Positions 27,650 to 38,279 of a stretch of DNA of 64,000 nucleotides are shown here, in pieces. The stretch's first letter is position 1. Each line of letters starts with the position of its first letter. The translations under genes and the position numbers were made by a program. Below the pieces are notes generated by a model, which worked only from the letters and a program-made list of their open reading frames with translations, did no database searches and was not told the origin of the DNA. The stretch comes from an uncultured Eubacteriales bacterium (GTDB lineage Bacteria > Actinomycetota > Coriobacteriia > Anaerosomatales > PHET01). The stretch covers positions 70,188-134,187 of the forward strand of contig CAZBLH010000001.1 in the NCBI GenBank assembly GCA_964492775.1, read 5' to 3'.

Positions 27650-29277
27650 GTGCTGCAGCCGCGACACATACCGGTCAGGGCACGCTCGCGGGCACATGGT
27701 CGCTCGTCGGGTTCACCCTGCGGCGGGACCGCTTCAAGCTCCTCGGCTGGATTCTCGGCGCTGCGCTGTTCTGGTTCTACTGCACCCGGGCGGTTCCAAT
27801 CGCATACCCGAATCCGGAGGACCTCGAGGCCATCAAGCTGCTGCTCACTGGCCCCACAGGTCGCATGTGGCTAGGGCCGACGTATTTTCTCGACGACCTC
27901 ACCCACCAGACGCTGATCCCCTCGGGGTACGGTCTGTACCTCTCTATCCTCGTGGCACTCATGAGCATCCTGCTCGTCGTGCGCAACACTCGTGTGGAGG
28001 AGCAATCCGGCCGAGCCGATCTGGTGCGGGCCGGCGTGGTCGGACGCCACGCACCGCTTGCAGCGACGACGATCGTGGTGTTGCTCGCAAACCTTGCTGT
28101 TGCCATAGCGGTCCTGCTCGTGATGATCTCTGACCCACTCTTCGACCTCGACGGGGCGGTCCTCTTCGCTGCGGGTCAGTTCGTCACGGGCCTCGCGTTC
28201 GCCGGCCTCACGTTGCTCGTGGTTCAGGTCACTGAGTACTCGAGGACTGCCACAAGCATCTCTGCTGGATTGGGCCTCGGCGGAGCATTTCTGCTTCGCG
28301 CGATCGGCGACATGGGACACGAGCACGGCACTTGGCTGTCGTGGTGCTCGCCGCTCGCATGGCCGCAGCAGACCGCTCCCTACATCCTGGATCGCTGGTG
28401 GCCGCTGGCTCTTTCGCTAACGTTCGCGGTGGTCACGTCGGCGGCAGGAGCGTACTTGTCCACGAGGCGCGACGTCGGCGGGGGCTTCGTCGCGCCGCGC
28501 AGGGGTAACGCGCGCGCTTCGGTACTGCTCGGCTCGCCGCTTGGGCTTGCGTGGCGTCTGGAGCGCCGAGCGATTGCGTGGTGGGCGCTGGTGCTCTTCA
28601 TGGTCGGCCTCGGCTACGGTGCTTTCGTGGCCGATCTCGTCACCGAAGACATGCCCGAGGCGATACTCATGGTTCTCGGAGGCGAGGAGAACATCCGGGC
28701 GGCCTATCTTGCGTTCACCGCGCTCTTCAATGTGATCTGCGCCGCCATCTACGCCGTGCTCGCTGTGCAGGGTCTGCGCGCCGAGGAGGCAGGCGGCCGA
28801 GGGGAAGCGGTGCTCGCGACGGCTACCGGCCGTACGAGCTGGCTCGGCAGTACAGTCGCGGTCGCCGCGCTCGGCTCGGCGATCATCGTGATCGCGGCAG
28901 GAGTCGGACTGGGAGTCGGCGCCGCAGCGGCAATCGGCGAGTGGGATCTCGTCGGTGAGCTGCTGCTTGCACACCTCAACTCCCTGCCTCCAGTGTTCGT
29001 GGTGCTCGGCATCGCGGTGTTGCTGTTCGGGATCTACCCTCGTGGCGTCGGGCTTACATGGCTGGTGGTGGGGTGGGGGTTCCTCGCTGCTACGCTCGCA
29101 CAGGTGCTGCCCGACCTCCCCGAGCTGCTGATCAGTCTCTCGCCGTTTGAGCATCCCGCGCGGATGCCGCTCGAGGAGTTCGCCGCCCGGCCGGTCGTGT
29201 GGCTGAGTGTCATCGCCTTGGCGTGCGTCGCGGTGGGAATACTCGGCTTCAGAGGGCGCGACATCCAGTCGTGGTAA
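27646..29277 (+). CDS. ABC-2-type exporter permease (12-TM, duplicated)
   Basis: ATGA overlap with the ATPase gene. 543 aa, polytopic throughout. Confidence 0.7.
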   Translation: MSAAAATHTGQGTLAGTWSLVGFTLRRDRFKLLGWILGAALFWFYCTRAVPIAYPNPEDLEAIKLLLTGPTGRMWLGPTYFLDDLTHQTLIPSGYGLYLSILVALMSILLVVRNTRVEEQSGRADLVRAGVVGRHAPLAATTIVVLLANLAVAIAVLLVMISDPLFDLDGAVLFAAGQFVTGLAFAGLTLLVVQVTEYSRTATSISAGLGLGGAFLLRAIGDMGHEHGTWLSWCSPLAWPQQTAPYILDRWWPLALSLTFAVVTSAAGAYLSTRRDVGGGFVAPRRGNARASVLLGSPLGLAWRLERRAIAWWALVLFMVGLGYGAFVADLVTEDMPEAILMVLGGEENIRAAYLAFTALFNVICAAIYAVLAVQGLRAEEAGGRGEAVLATATGRTSWLGSTVAVAALGSAIIVIAAGVGLGVGAAAAIGEWDLVGELLLAHLNSLPPVFVVLGIAVLLFGIYPRGVGLTWLVVGWGFLAATLAQVLPDLPELLISLSPFEHPARMPLEEFAARPVVWLSVIALACVAVGILGFRGRDIQSW

Positions 29278-29323
29278 GTCCGCGCGGGGCGCGTCTGTCC
29301 GCCGGCAAAGGAGGCCGACACTC

Positions 29324-29836
29324 ATGACCAAGACCATCTACCTGGCAGGCGGCTGCTTCTGGGGAGTGGAGGAGTACTACTCGGCGGTACCTGGCGTGAT
29401 CGCGACTGAGGTCGGATACGCCAACGGCAACACCGATACACCCACCTACGAGCAGGTTTGCACCGGCACGACCGGTCATACGGAGGCGGTCCGGGTCGAC
29501 TACGACCCAGATGTGGCCCCGCTCACGTTCCTGCTCAAGCACTTCTTCGAGATCATCGACCCGACCTCGGTGAACCGGCAGGGCAACGACATCGGGACGC
29601 AGTACCGCACCGGCATCTACTGGGTCGATCCGGGTGATCGCGAGGTCGTCGAGCAGGCGCTGGCCGAGGAGCAGCAGCGGCATCGCAAGCCGCTCGCGGT
29701 CGAGAGCGAGCCGCTCCGAAACTTCAGCCGCGCCGAGGAGTACCACCAGCGGTACCTGAAGAAGCACCCCTCCGGATACTGCCATATCCCGCGTTCGGCG
29801 ATGGCCCGCGCCGCCTGCGCTCGGCCGACCGACTAA
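29324..29836 (+). CDS. msrA: Peptide-methionine (S)-S-oxide reductase
   Basis: ATG 29324 follows AGGAGG. GGCFWGVEEYY active-site motif and GHTEAVRVDYDP. Confidence 0.9.
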   Translation: MTKTIYLAGGCFWGVEEYYSAVPGVIATEVGYANGNTDTPTYEQVCTGTTGHTEAVRVDYDPDVAPLTFLLKHFFEIIDPTSVNRQGNDIGTQYRTGIYWVDPGDREVVEQALAEEQQRHRKPLAVESEPLRNFSRAEEYHQRYLKKHPSGYCHIPRSAMARAACARPTD

Positions 29837-29897
29837 GCGCCCGGTAACCGCTCGCCACAGCGCGATCGGCTGTGGTACTATCGTCGACTGATACTTA

Positions 29898-30389
29898 ATG
29901 TCAAGAACTATTGATGTGGAGAATATTCCTGTGTCGTCCGCTCCCGTTCCTGATGAGCTTCTCGTAGACCTCGCTGACGTGATGCGAGGGCTATGGCGTA
30001 ACGCGTCACGCGACTTCCATCTGCCTCAGGGTGCCGAGCGGCCCAAGCGCCAGCAGTACTGGGTGCTCGGCGCTCTCGAACAGGGGCCGCTGCGTATGCG
30101 GGAACTCGCCGAGCGCGCGTGTACCTCGCAGGCCTCGATCACTGGCGTGGTCGATCGCCTCGAGACGCTCGGCTTCGTCACGCGCACGCGTTCTGACAGC
30201 GACCGCCGAGTCGTTGAGGTAGCGCTAACGCCAGCGGGCGCCACCGAGATCGAGAGTCTCCGCCAGCGTGTCGCCGAGCGGATGCGCGTACTCACGGAGC
30301 CGCTTTCTCCCGAGGAGACGCGGGATCTGCTCGCGCTCTTGCGTAAGGTCTCCCGCAGCGAGAACAGCTGCGGGTCTCGCGGGCGCTGA
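29898..30389 (+). CDS. MarR-family transcriptional regulator
   Basis: YWVLGALEQGPLRMRELAERACTSQASITGVVDRLETLGFVTRTRSDSDRRVVEVALT is a winged-helix MarR signature. It lies upstream of an efflux pump. Confidence 0.8.
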   Translation: MSRTIDVENIPVSSAPVPDELLVDLADVMRGLWRNASRDFHLPQGAERPKRQQYWVLGALEQGPLRMRELAERACTSQASITGVVDRLETLGFVTRTRSDSDRRVVEVALTPAGATEIESLRQRVAERMRVLTEPLSPEETRDLLALLRKVSRSENSCGSRGR

Positions 30390-30457
30390 CACTAGCGTCT
30401 CCCCTCAACCTTCTCGACCCAAGAACACCCCACTCGCCAGATTAGGAGTCGCCCCAC

Positions 30458-32107
30458 ATGCACCTGCGTGACCTGCCACAACGAAAGAAGATGTCCGTTC
30501 TCGGCGGAGTGCTGCTCGCCATGCTTCTCGGCGCGCTCGACCTCACCATCGTCTCGCCGGCGCTGCCTACGATCGTGCGCGACCTCGGCGGAATGGCGAT
30601 GCTCTCATGGGTATTCACGATCTACTCACTTACCTCGACGATCACGATCCCGGTCGTCGGCAAGCTCTCCGACCTCTACGGTCGTAAGTGGTTCTACCTC
30701 GGTGGAATCACGATCTTCCTCATCGGGTCGGCGCTCTGTGGCGCGTCAGGTGAGCCGTTCTTCAATGTGATCTTCGAAGCACTCACCGGCAGCGCGAACC
30801 CGATGCTTCAGCTCATCATCTTCCGAGGCATCCAGGGCATCGGCGGTGGCGCGATGATGGCGAACGCCATGGCGATCATCGGTGACCTGTTCACGCCTCG
30901 CGAACGTGGTCGCTATCAGGGACTCACTGGTGGCGTGTTCGGCCTCGCGTCCGTCTTCGGTCCGATGCTCGGCGGATGGATCACCGACATCGCCTCGTGG
31001 CGCTGGGTGTTCTACATCAACCTGCCCTTCGGAATCCTCGCCCTCGCGGCCCTCACCGTCGTGATGCCGCGGCCGGAGCGGGGCGCGAAGCATGACATCG
31101 ACTGGTGGGGCGTGCTTGCGTTGATCGCCGGGCTCGTCCCGCTGCTGCTCGCGCTCAGCTGGGGTGGTTCCGAGTATGCCTGGAACTCGTCGGTCATCTT
31201 GGGGCTGTTCGGGTTCGCCGGCATGGCGCTTCTGGTCTTCGTCTTCTGGGAGCTGCAGGCCAAAGAGCCCATTCTCGACGTGCGCCTCTTTGGCGACAGC
31301 TCGTTCGTCGCCAGCATGGTCGTGCTGTTCCTGTCCGGCGCCGGGATGTTCGCTGCCGAGATGTTCCTGCCGACGTTCATGCAGATCGCCCAGGGCGCTT
31401 CGGCCTCCAACGCCGGCGCGCTGCTGACGCCGCTTCTCGTCTCGATGGTCACGGCGTCATTCCTGAGCGGTCAGCTCATCAGCCGCACCGGGCGGTACAA
31501 GCTCTACGGCATCATTGGACTCGCCAGCTCAACGATCGGTCTCTTCGGTCTCTCACGCGTGTCTGTTGACACCAGCGGACTTCAGCTCGCCACCAACATG
31601 GTACTCACGGGAGCCGGACTCGGCGTGACCATGCCGATGTTCACGATTTCGCTGCAGTCGCAGTTTCCGCGGCGAATTGGCGAGGTGACCGGCGCGATGC
31701 AGTTCTTCCGCTCGATCGGCGGCACCGTCGGCGTGGCGCTGCTCGGCGGCGTGATGAACGCGCGCCTTGCCTCCGAGCTTTCGTCGCTCGTCGAGGCGCA
31801 GAAGCCGTTGTTCGGCGGCGCGTACGAGACCTTCGCCGAGCTTGCGAGCAACCCCGCTGCGCTTCTGAACGAGGGCGCGATGCAGGCGATCGCAGCGAAG
31901 CTGCCGGCCGAGATGCTGCCTTTGCTCAAGACCTTCGCGGTCGACTTGAAGCAGGCAGTGGCGGCTGGCGTGGCGCTCGCGTTCCTCGGTGCGTTCGTGA
32001 TGATGGCCGTCGCGTTCGTCGGGATGTTCTTCGTGCGCGAGGTCGAGCTTGCCGGCTCGCCTCAGCCCGAGGTGGCGGAGGCGGTGGAGGCTGAGCCGGC
32101 CGCCTAG
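30458..32107 (+). CDS. MFS drug efflux transporter, DHA2 (EmrB/QacA, 14-TM) family
   Basis: GKLSDLYGRKWFYLGG motif A. 549 aa with about 14 TM segments. Confidence 0.8.
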   Translation: MHLRDLPQRKKMSVLGGVLLAMLLGALDLTIVSPALPTIVRDLGGMAMLSWVFTIYSLTSTITIPVVGKLSDLYGRKWFYLGGITIFLIGSALCGASGEPFFNVIFEALTGSANPMLQLIIFRGIQGIGGGAMMANAMAIIGDLFTPRERGRYQGLTGGVFGLASVFGPMLGGWITDIASWRWVFYINLPFGILALAALTVVMPRPERGAKHDIDWWGVLALIAGLVPLLLALSWGGSEYAWNSSVILGLFGFAGMALLVFVFWELQAKEPILDVRLFGDSSFVASMVVLFLSGAGMFAAEMFLPTFMQIAQGASASNAGALLTPLLVSMVTASFLSGQLISRTGRYKLYGIIGLASSTIGLFGLSRVSVDTSGLQLATNMVLTGAGLGVTMPMFTISLQSQFPRRIGEVTGAMQFFRSIGGTVGVALLGGVMNARLASELSSLVEAQKPLFGGAYETFAELASNPAALLNEGAMQAIAAKLPAEMLPLLKTFAVDLKQAVAAGVALAFLGAFVMMAVAFVGMFFVREVELAGSPQPEVAEAVEAEPAA

Positions 32108-32347
32108 AGCTGGCACGTTGACGCGGTATCTTGAGCCACCCGCGCCGGGGTCCCGCGCTGCCTCCGTTGTGCCTGTAGAGACTCGCGAATCGCATCCTGC
32201 TAGACTGTAGCTCGCACGGGGGAGCGTGGATAGCGGCGCAAGAGCCAGCCGTCAGGGAATTGTCGGCTTCGATTATCCTTGTCGCCGCATACACTCCGTG
32301 TCGCGTACCATGCGCCCATGCTCGGGCGGAAGGCATTAGGAGTTGAA

Positions 32348-33073
32348 TTGATTGAGCTCGTCGGTGTAAACAAACATTTCGGCAGCCACCAGGCGCTGAA
32401 GGATGTCAGTCTCCAGGTTCCTACGGGCCAGAAACTCGTCGTGATCGGGCCGTCCGGCTCGGGCAAGTCGACGCTGATCCGCTGTATCAACATGCTTGAG
32501 AAGCCGAACTCCGGCCAGGTCATCGTGGACGGGGTCGACCTCACTGCACCGCGCGCTCCCATCGCGAAGGTCAGGCAGTCGGTCGCGATGGTCTTCCAGC
32601 AGTTCAACCTGTATCCGCACAAGACCGTACTTGAGAACGTCTCGCTCGCTCCTATCGTGGTCAAGGGTGTGCCGAAGGCCGAGGCAACCGAGTCGGCACT
32701 CAAGTACCTCGAACGCGTTGGGCTGAGCGAGAAGGCCGACAAGTACCCTGCTCAGCTGTCCGGTGGACAACAGCAGCGTGTCGCCATCGCCCGGGCGCTC
32801 AACATGCACCCGAAGATCATGCTCTTCGACGAGCCGACGTCAGCGCTCGATCCCGAGATGATCCAAGAGGTGCTCGAGGTCATCATCGACCTCGCTCAGG
32901 GTGGTATCACGATGGTCGTGGTCACGCACGAGATGGGTTTCGCGCGTGAGGCTGCGGATCGCGTGATCTTCCTCGATGACGGTCAGGTCATCGAAGATGG
33001 AACGCCCGAGCACTTCTTCCAGAATCCGCAGCACGATCGGACGAAGTTGTTCTTGAGCAAGATCCTGCGCTAG
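32348..33073 (+). CDS. Polar amino-acid ABC transporter ATP-binding protein (GlnQ-like)
   Basis: TTG 32348 lies 5 nt after AGGAG and gives [12 protein letters not shown]. An ATG at 32318 is an alternative start. [36 protein letters not shown]. Confidence 0.85.
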   Translation: MIELVGVNKHFGSHQALKDVSLQVPTGQKLVVIGPSGSGKSTLIRCINMLEKPNSGQVIVDGVDLTAPRAPIAKVRQSVAMVFQQFNLYPHKTVLENVSLAPIVVKGVPKAEATESALKYLERVGLSEKADKYPAQLSGGQQQRVAIARALNMHPKIMLFDEPTSALDPEMIQEVLEVIIDLAQGGITMVVVTHEMGFAREAADRVIFLDDGQVIEDGTPEHFFQNPQHDRTKLFLSKILR

Positions 33074-33180
33074 TCTGGCGCACTGAATCAGTCAGTCGAG
33101 GCCGCCTCCGGCCTCTGGGATGAGTAGCACGTCGCATCGGTAAGCCCGGGGAGGCACGGGTCCATTGGTAGGGAGGAAGT

Positions 33181-34014
33181 ATGAAGAAGCTGCTACTTAC
33201 GCTGTCGCTGGTGTTGGTGCTGTGCCTGGGTGCCTTCGCGCTCACCGGGTGCGGTGGCGCCGAGGAGCCCGAAGAGCCCACGACTGAAGAGCCCGCCGTC
33301 GAGCTGCCGGCTGGCGTTCAGGCCATCAAGGACGCCGGGACGCTCCGTGTTGGCGTCAAGGCTGACGTGCCGAACTTCGGCCTCCAGGATGCTGCCACTG
33401 GCGAGTTCTCCGGCATGGAGATCGACCTGGCAATCGCACTTGCCGAGCGCATCGGCCTGTCCGCAGATGACGTGAAGTTCGAGGCCGTCACGGCCAAGAC
33501 CCGCGGTCCGCTGCTCGACAACGGCCAGCTCGACGTCGTTATCGCTACGTTCACGATCAAGCCTGAGCGTCTTGAGCAGTGGAACTTCTCGCAGCCGTAC
33601 TACCAGGACGAGGTTGGTCTGCTGGTGAAGAAGTCCGCTGGTTTCAAGGGTCTTGCTGATCTCGATGGCAAGACGATCGGTGTCGCCCAGGGTGCCACCT
33701 CGCGTGACGCTGCCCAGGCAGAAGCCGACAAGGCCGGCATCAAGGTCAGCTTCCTTGAGTTCGCCACCTACCCCGAGATCAACGCAGCTCTCGAGTCCGG
33801 CCGCGTCGATGCCTTCTGCGTCGACAAGTCCATCCTTTCGGGCTATGTGACCGACCAGACCGAGATCCTTCCGGACGGCTTCTCGCCGCAGGACTACGGC
33901 GTAGCCTCCAAGCTCGGCACCGATGACCTGACCCAGTTCATCAATGACATGCTCGATGAGATGGAAGCCAACGGCGAGATGGATGCTCTCCTCGCGAAGT
34001 GGGGTCTGTCGTAA
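33181..34014 (+). CDS. Amino-acid ABC transporter substrate-binding lipoprotein (family 3)
   Basis: Lipobox LTGCGG. GTLRVGVKADVPNFG and DVVIATFTIKPER motifs. Confidence 0.85.
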   Translation: MKKLLLTLSLVLVLCLGAFALTGCGGAEEPEEPTTEEPAVELPAGVQAIKDAGTLRVGVKADVPNFGLQDAATGEFSGMEIDLAIALAERIGLSADDVKFEAVTAKTRGPLLDNGQLDVVIATFTIKPERLEQWNFSQPYYQDEVGLLVKKSAGFKGLADLDGKTIGVAQGATSRDAAQAEADKAGIKVSFLEFATYPEINAALESGRVDAFCVDKSILSGYVTDQTEILPDGFSPQDYGVASKLGTDDLTQFINDMLDEMEANGEMDALLAKWGLS

Positions 34015-34051
34015 CCCGTCGTCTTAACTGACGAGGGCCGATATCGAAAAC

Positions 34052-34762
34052 ATGGCTGAGCTGATCTCCCGCATAGGCTTCCTGCAACAGGGGCCATTCT
34101 CGATACCTCGCTGGCAGGCGCTGTTTGAGAACATCGACCTGATCTGGCAAGGGGCGCTCGTCACACTGCTGGTGGCGTCCCTAGGGCTGGCGCTCGCGCT
34201 GGTCCTAGGGATCGTCATCGGCGTAATGTCCGCATCACACTGGCGGATTCCTCGCGCATTCGCGCGTGCATACGTCGAGTTCTTCCAGAACACCCCGCTG
34301 CTCATTCAGGTGTTCATGCTCTACAACGCGCTTCCGATCCTGTATCCGAAGCTGTTCATCCCAGTTGTCGTGATCGGCATCATGGGTGTGGGCATGTACC
34401 ACGGCGCCTACATCGCCGAGGTCGTGCGAGCGGGCATCCAGTCGATCGGCGGCGGTCAGCTCGAGGCCGCTCTGTCACAAGGCTTCACCTATGTGGGCGC
34501 CATGCGCTACATCATCATCCCGCAGGCGATGCGCATCGTCCTGCCGCCGCTCACAAACCAGGCCGTCAACCTCATCAAGAACACGTCGGTGATCGCGATC
34601 ATCGCCGGCGGTGATCTGATGTACGCAGGAGACTCGTTCGCTGGTCGCTACGGGCACTATGGTCCGACCTACATCGTCGTGGGCGGCCTTTACTTCCTGA
34701 TGTGCTTCCCGCTCGCTACGCTCGCGCGGCGCCTTGAGGAACGTCTGAGGGCAGGCCAATGA
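34052..34762 (+). CDS. Amino-acid ABC transporter permease
   Basis: His/Glu/Gln/Arg-type permease with an EAA-like loop, EAALSQGFTYVGAMRYIIIPQAMRIVLPPLTNQ. Confidence 0.85.
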   Translation: MAELISRIGFLQQGPFSIPRWQALFENIDLIWQGALVTLLVASLGLALALVLGIVIGVMSASHWRIPRAFARAYVEFFQNTPLLIQVFMLYNALPILYPKLFIPVVVIGIMGVGMYHGAYIAEVVRAGIQSIGGGQLEAALSQGFTYVGAMRYIIIPQAMRIVLPPLTNQAVNLIKNTSVIAIIAGGDLMYAGDSFAGRYGHYGPTYIVVGGLYFLMCFPLATLARRLEERLRAGQ

Positions 34763-35445
34763 GCATCCTTGCAGGCAACCCAGTCATCGAGATGCTCTCC
34801 GATCCGATCCTGTACGTCGGGCTCGGTTACGGCCTGCTGCTCACGTTGCAGATCGCTGGCCTCTCGATTGTCTTCAGCTTCGTGTTCGGCACGATCCTGG
34901 GCTCGATGCGCTACACCAGGCTGCCGGTCATATCGCACATCGCGGGGGCGTACATCGAGGTCGTCCGCAACTTGCCCACGCTGCTGCTCATTCTGATGAG
35001 CTACTTCGTGCTCGGCCTTCCTGCCGTGTGGGCTGCGACGATCGGCCTCACCATCTATACCTCGGCGATCATCGCTGAGATCATTCGAGGAGGTCTGAAC
35101 TCGGTTGCCACTGGGCAGTGGGAGGCGGCGCGTTCACAGGGCTTTACCTTCATGCAGTCCATGCGCTACATCGTGCTTCCCCCGGCAGTCGTCAAGATGA
35201 TTCCGCCGATCGTTTCCCAGTTCGTGACGGTCATCAAAGACTCGTCGTTCGCCATGGCCATCGGTGCCTACGAGCTCATGTTCAAAGGCACGATCCTCGC
35301 GGCGAAATACTGGAAGCCGTCGCAGATCATCTCGATCTACCTGCTGATCTCGCTCATCTACTTCGCGATCAACTTCGCGATCTCGTTGGTTGCCCGCCGC
35401 CTGCAGACCAAGATGTCTGAGGGCCGGGGAACCATCGGCTCCTAG
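34759..35445 (+). CDS. Amino-acid ABC transporter permease (second subunit)
   Basis: ATGA overlap with the first permease gene. EAARSQGFTFMQSMRYIVLPPAVVKMIPPIVSQ. Confidence 0.85.
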   Translation: MSILAGNPVIEMLSDPILYVGLGYGLLLTLQIAGLSIVFSFVFGTILGSMRYTRLPVISHIAGAYIEVVRNLPTLLLILMSYFVLGLPAVWAATIGLTIYTSAIIAEIIRGGLNSVATGQWEAARSQGFTFMQSMRYIVLPPAVVKMIPPIVSQFVTVIKDSSFAMAIGAYELMFKGTILAAKYWKPSQIISIYLLISLIYFAINFAISLVARRLQTKMSEGRGTIGS

Positions 35446-35557
35446 TCGATTTCCTGGCGTTGTCCAGCCTATTGCGTGCGCTCGGCATTAACACTAAAAT
35501 GCAACTTAGCGATATTGGAGTACACGCTGCACTGGAGGGTCGAGGGAGGAGAACGAC

Positions 35558-36382
35558 ATGGAGGGGAAGGGTAGAAGGCCGAGAGTTCTGCTGGTCACCA
35601 TGCTTTCGGCGGTGATCGCGTTTTGCGCCTTCGGGTGCTCGTCTGACGAGCCGAGCGCCACTCCTGAGCCCGAGGCCAAGCCAGACCCTGCCGTGGCGCT
35701 GAGTATTCAGGCGGCATCTTCGCTCACCGACGCGCTCACCGAGATCAGCGACCAGTACAGCGCTGATAACAGGAACGTGACCATCGAGATCAACTTCGAC
35801 TCCTCCGGCACGCTGCAGGAGCAGATTTCGCAGGGGGCACCGGCCGACCTCTTCATCTCCGCAGCCAACAAGAACATGGACGCGCTTGAGGAGGATGGGC
35901 TTCTGCTCGAGGGCACGCGGACTAACCTGCTCGGCAATACGCTCGCCTTGATCGTGCCCGCCGACAGCTCGCTGGCGGTTTCGTCGCTGGTGGACCTCGC
36001 GGGGTCCGGAGTCAAGGTTGTCGCGCTCGGCGACGCCGAGTCGGTGCCCGCCGGCAAGTATGCTGCCCAGGCCCTCAAGGCTGCGGGCGTTGCCGACGCT
36101 GTCAACGACAAGGCCGTGCTTGGCAAGGACGTCCGCGCGGTGCTGACCTACGTCGAGACCAAGGACGCTGACGCCGGCATCGTCTACCAGACAGACGCGC
36201 TCGTAAGTGACAAGGTCAAGATCGCAGCCGAGATTCCCAGCGATACGTACGACGCGATCGTGTACCCGGCCGCGGTGATTGGCGCAAGCGAGAACGTTGA
36301 CGCTGCGAAGGCGTTCCTTGAGTACCTCTCGAGTCCGGCCGCGGCAAAGGTCTGGGAGAAGTACGGCTTCACCGCAGAGTAA
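35558..36382 (+). CDS. modA: Molybdate ABC transporter substrate-binding protein
   Basis: Lipoprotein-like N-terminus (FCAFGCSS). SSGTLQEQISQGAPADLFISAA and SVPAGKYA motifs. Confidence 0.85.
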   Translation: MEGKGRRPRVLLVTMLSAVIAFCAFGCSSDEPSATPEPEAKPDPAVALSIQAASSLTDALTEISDQYSADNRNVTIEINFDSSGTLQEQISQGAPADLFISAANKNMDALEEDGLLLEGTRTNLLGNTLALIVPADSSLAVSSLVDLAGSGVKVVALGDAESVPAGKYAAQALKAAGVADAVNDKAVLGKDVRAVLTYVETKDADAGIVYQTDALVSDKVKIAAEIPSDTYDAIVYPAAVIGASENVDAAKAFLEYLSSPAAAKVWEKYGFTAE

Positions 36383-36492
36383 TCGACAGCGCAAGTGGCG
36401 GACCGGGGCGGCGGGAATACCCTGTCGCCCGGGTACCTTGTATTGTGTGTCGTGCGCGACGTCCGTGCACGCCGATTGCGGTAGAGGGGCAG

Positions 36493-37203
36493 ATGGAGGC
36501 AGCGCTCGAGTTCTTCGCACAGTTCGACTTCCGGCCGCTGTACGTGTCGCTGAGAACGTCGGCAGCGGCGACGGCCATCGTCGTCGTGCTCGGCATTCTT
36601 GCTGCGTGGTGGACGCTCGGTGCGCGCGAGAGCGTCAAGGGGTGGCTCGACTCCCTCTTCACCCTGCCGATGGTCCTCCCACCCACGGTGGTGGGTTTCT
36701 TCTTGCTCGTGATCTTCGGCCGCTCGACGCCGATCGGCACATTCCTCATCGAGCATGGCTTCAGGATCATCTTCTCCTGGCCCGCGACAGTGATCGCCGC
36801 GGCCGTGGTCGCGTTTCCGCTGATGTACCGCACCGTGCGAGCCGCGTTCGAGCAGGTCGACACGAACATGCTTGACGCCGCGCGCACGCTCGGGTTCTCA
36901 GAGTGGCGGGTCTTTCGGCAGATCATGCTCCCGCTCTCGTGGTCGGGCGTGGCGGCAGGCACCATGCTCGCGTTCGCGCGCGCCATGGGGGAGTTCGGAG
37001 CGACACTGTTCGTCGCGGGCAACTTTCCTGGCAGGACCCAGACGATGCCCATCGCCGTCTACTTCTCGTGGGCTGCCGGCGACCTGCTGACCGCGGGTGT
37101 GTGGGTCATCATCATTGCGATCATCTCGTTTGCCGCAGTTTTCGGAATCAACGCGTACGCCGCGCGGGCGAACCGCTACCGAAAGGCTGATCCGGCCCGA
37201 TGA
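36493..37203 (+). CDS. modB: Molybdate ABC transporter permease
   Basis: Start is taken at ATG 36493 (MEAALEFF...). DAARTLGFSEWRVFRQIMLP and the C-terminal FPGRTQTMPIAVY are typical of ModB. Confidence 0.85.
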   Translation: MEAALEFFAQFDFRPLYVSLRTSAAATAIVVVLGILAAWWTLGARESVKGWLDSLFTLPMVLPPTVVGFFLLVIFGRSTPIGTFLIEHGFRIIFSWPATVIAAAVVAFPLMYRTVRAAFEQVDTNMLDAARTLGFSEWRVFRQIMLPLSWSGVAAGTMLAFARAMGEFGATLFVAGNFPGRTQTMPIAVYFSWAAGDLLTAGVWVIIIAIISFAAVFGINAYAARANRYRKADPAR

Positions 37204-38279
37204 GTCTGTATGCGCGCATACGCAAAGAACTGCCCTCGTTCACGCTCGACGTTGAGATCGAAGCAACCGCTGAGACGCTCGGCCTTCTTGGCGCCTCAGG
37301 TAGCGGCAAGAGCATGACGCTGCGCTGTATCGCTGGCGTGGAGCGGCCGGATTCGGGCCGTATCGTCGTCAGCGGGACTACGTTCTTCGACTCCGAACGT
37401 GGCATCGACCTCTCACCGCAGCAGCGCAAGACCGCGCTCCTGTTCCAGAACTACCAGTTGTTCCCCACGATGACGGTGGCCGAGAACATTGCGGCGGGCA
37501 TGGACCGCTCGGTCGACCGGCCCGCGCGCGACGCACGCGTCGACTCACTGCTCGAGTTCTTCCATCTCGAGGGATTCGGAAACCAGTACCCTGCACGGCT
37601 TTCAGGAGGTCAGCAGCAGCGCGTCGCCCTTGCGCGGATGCTCGCAGCCGAGCCGGGAATCCTCATGCTCGACGAGCCCTTCTCGGCGCTGGACGAACAC
37701 CTCAAGGCGAGCTTCGAGCAGGAGCTGCTCGACACCTTCGACCAGTTCGACGGGACGATTCTGTACGTGTCGCACGACATCGACGAAGCCTTCCGTTTCT
37801 CCGACCGGATTGCCGTGCTCGACGGCGGTCGGATCAGTGACATCGGGCCTGCCGAACGGATCGTCTCGCACCCGAGCACGGCGGCCGCGCTCCGGCTCTC
37901 GGGGTGCAAGAACATCTCGCCAGCTCGGAGGCTCTCCGAGCACACCCTCTATGCCGAAGACTGGAGGATCGAGATGCGCTCGAGCCAGCCGGTTCCCGAG
38001 AACCTGGCGTTCGTCGGCATACACGCATTCCATGTCCGCCGAGCGGCCGGAGGCGACGCAGTGAACGTGTTCGACGCGGTCGCCGCTCGTGTGAGTGACT
38101 CGCGGTTCGAGCGCACGGTGCTGCTTTCGCTCGGCGATCAGCAGGAGCACGCAGAAGTCTCGCGCTACATTCACTGGAAGATCGACAAGCTCGCGGTGCC
38201 CGCCGACAAGCTCGTGGGCCGGGGCGATCGGGTGAGGATCAGCCTGCCGGAGGACAGTCTCCACCTGGTGTGTCGCTGA
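37200..38279 (+). CDS. modC: Molybdate ABC transporter ATP-binding protein
   Basis: ATGA overlap with mod[43 protein letters not shown], plus a C-terminal extension. Confidence 0.8.
   Translation: MSLYARIRKELPSFTLDVEIEATAETLGLLGASGSGKSMTLRCIAGVERPDSGRIVVSGTTFFDSERGIDLSPQQRKTALLFQNYQLFPTMTVAENIAAGMDRSVDRPARDARVDSLLEFFHLEGFGNQYPARLSGGQQQRVALARMLAAEPGILMLDEPFSALDEHLKASFEQELLDTFDQFDGTILYVSHDIDEAFRFSDRIAVLDGGRISDIGPAERIVSHPSTAAALRLSGCKNISPARRLSEHTLYAEDWRIEMRSSQPVPENLAFVGIHAFHVRRAAGGDAVNVFDAVAARVSDSRFERTVLLSLGDQQEHAEVSRYIHWKIDKLAVPADKLVGRGDRVRISLPEDSLHLVCR

Noticed and set aside
29850-29897. A MarR operator palindrome around TATCGTCGACTGATA upstream of the MarR/MFS pair.
   Set aside because: The arms are offset by one base and only 4 bp long, which is too weak to call without comparative data.
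32108-32347. A riboswitch or T-box in the 240-nt leader of the amino-acid ABC operon (repeated CTGTAG...CTCGC strings).
   Set aside because: There is no match to any riboswitch core I can recall (glutamine, lysine, SAM or T-box specifier/T-box sequence). The repeats are short.
35446-35557. A Moco riboswitch or ModE operator upstream of modA (AT-rich stretch with TAGCGATATT).
   Set aside because: I could not trace the conserved Moco-RNA helices or a convincing dyad ModE site. Only a single weak half-site-like string is present.
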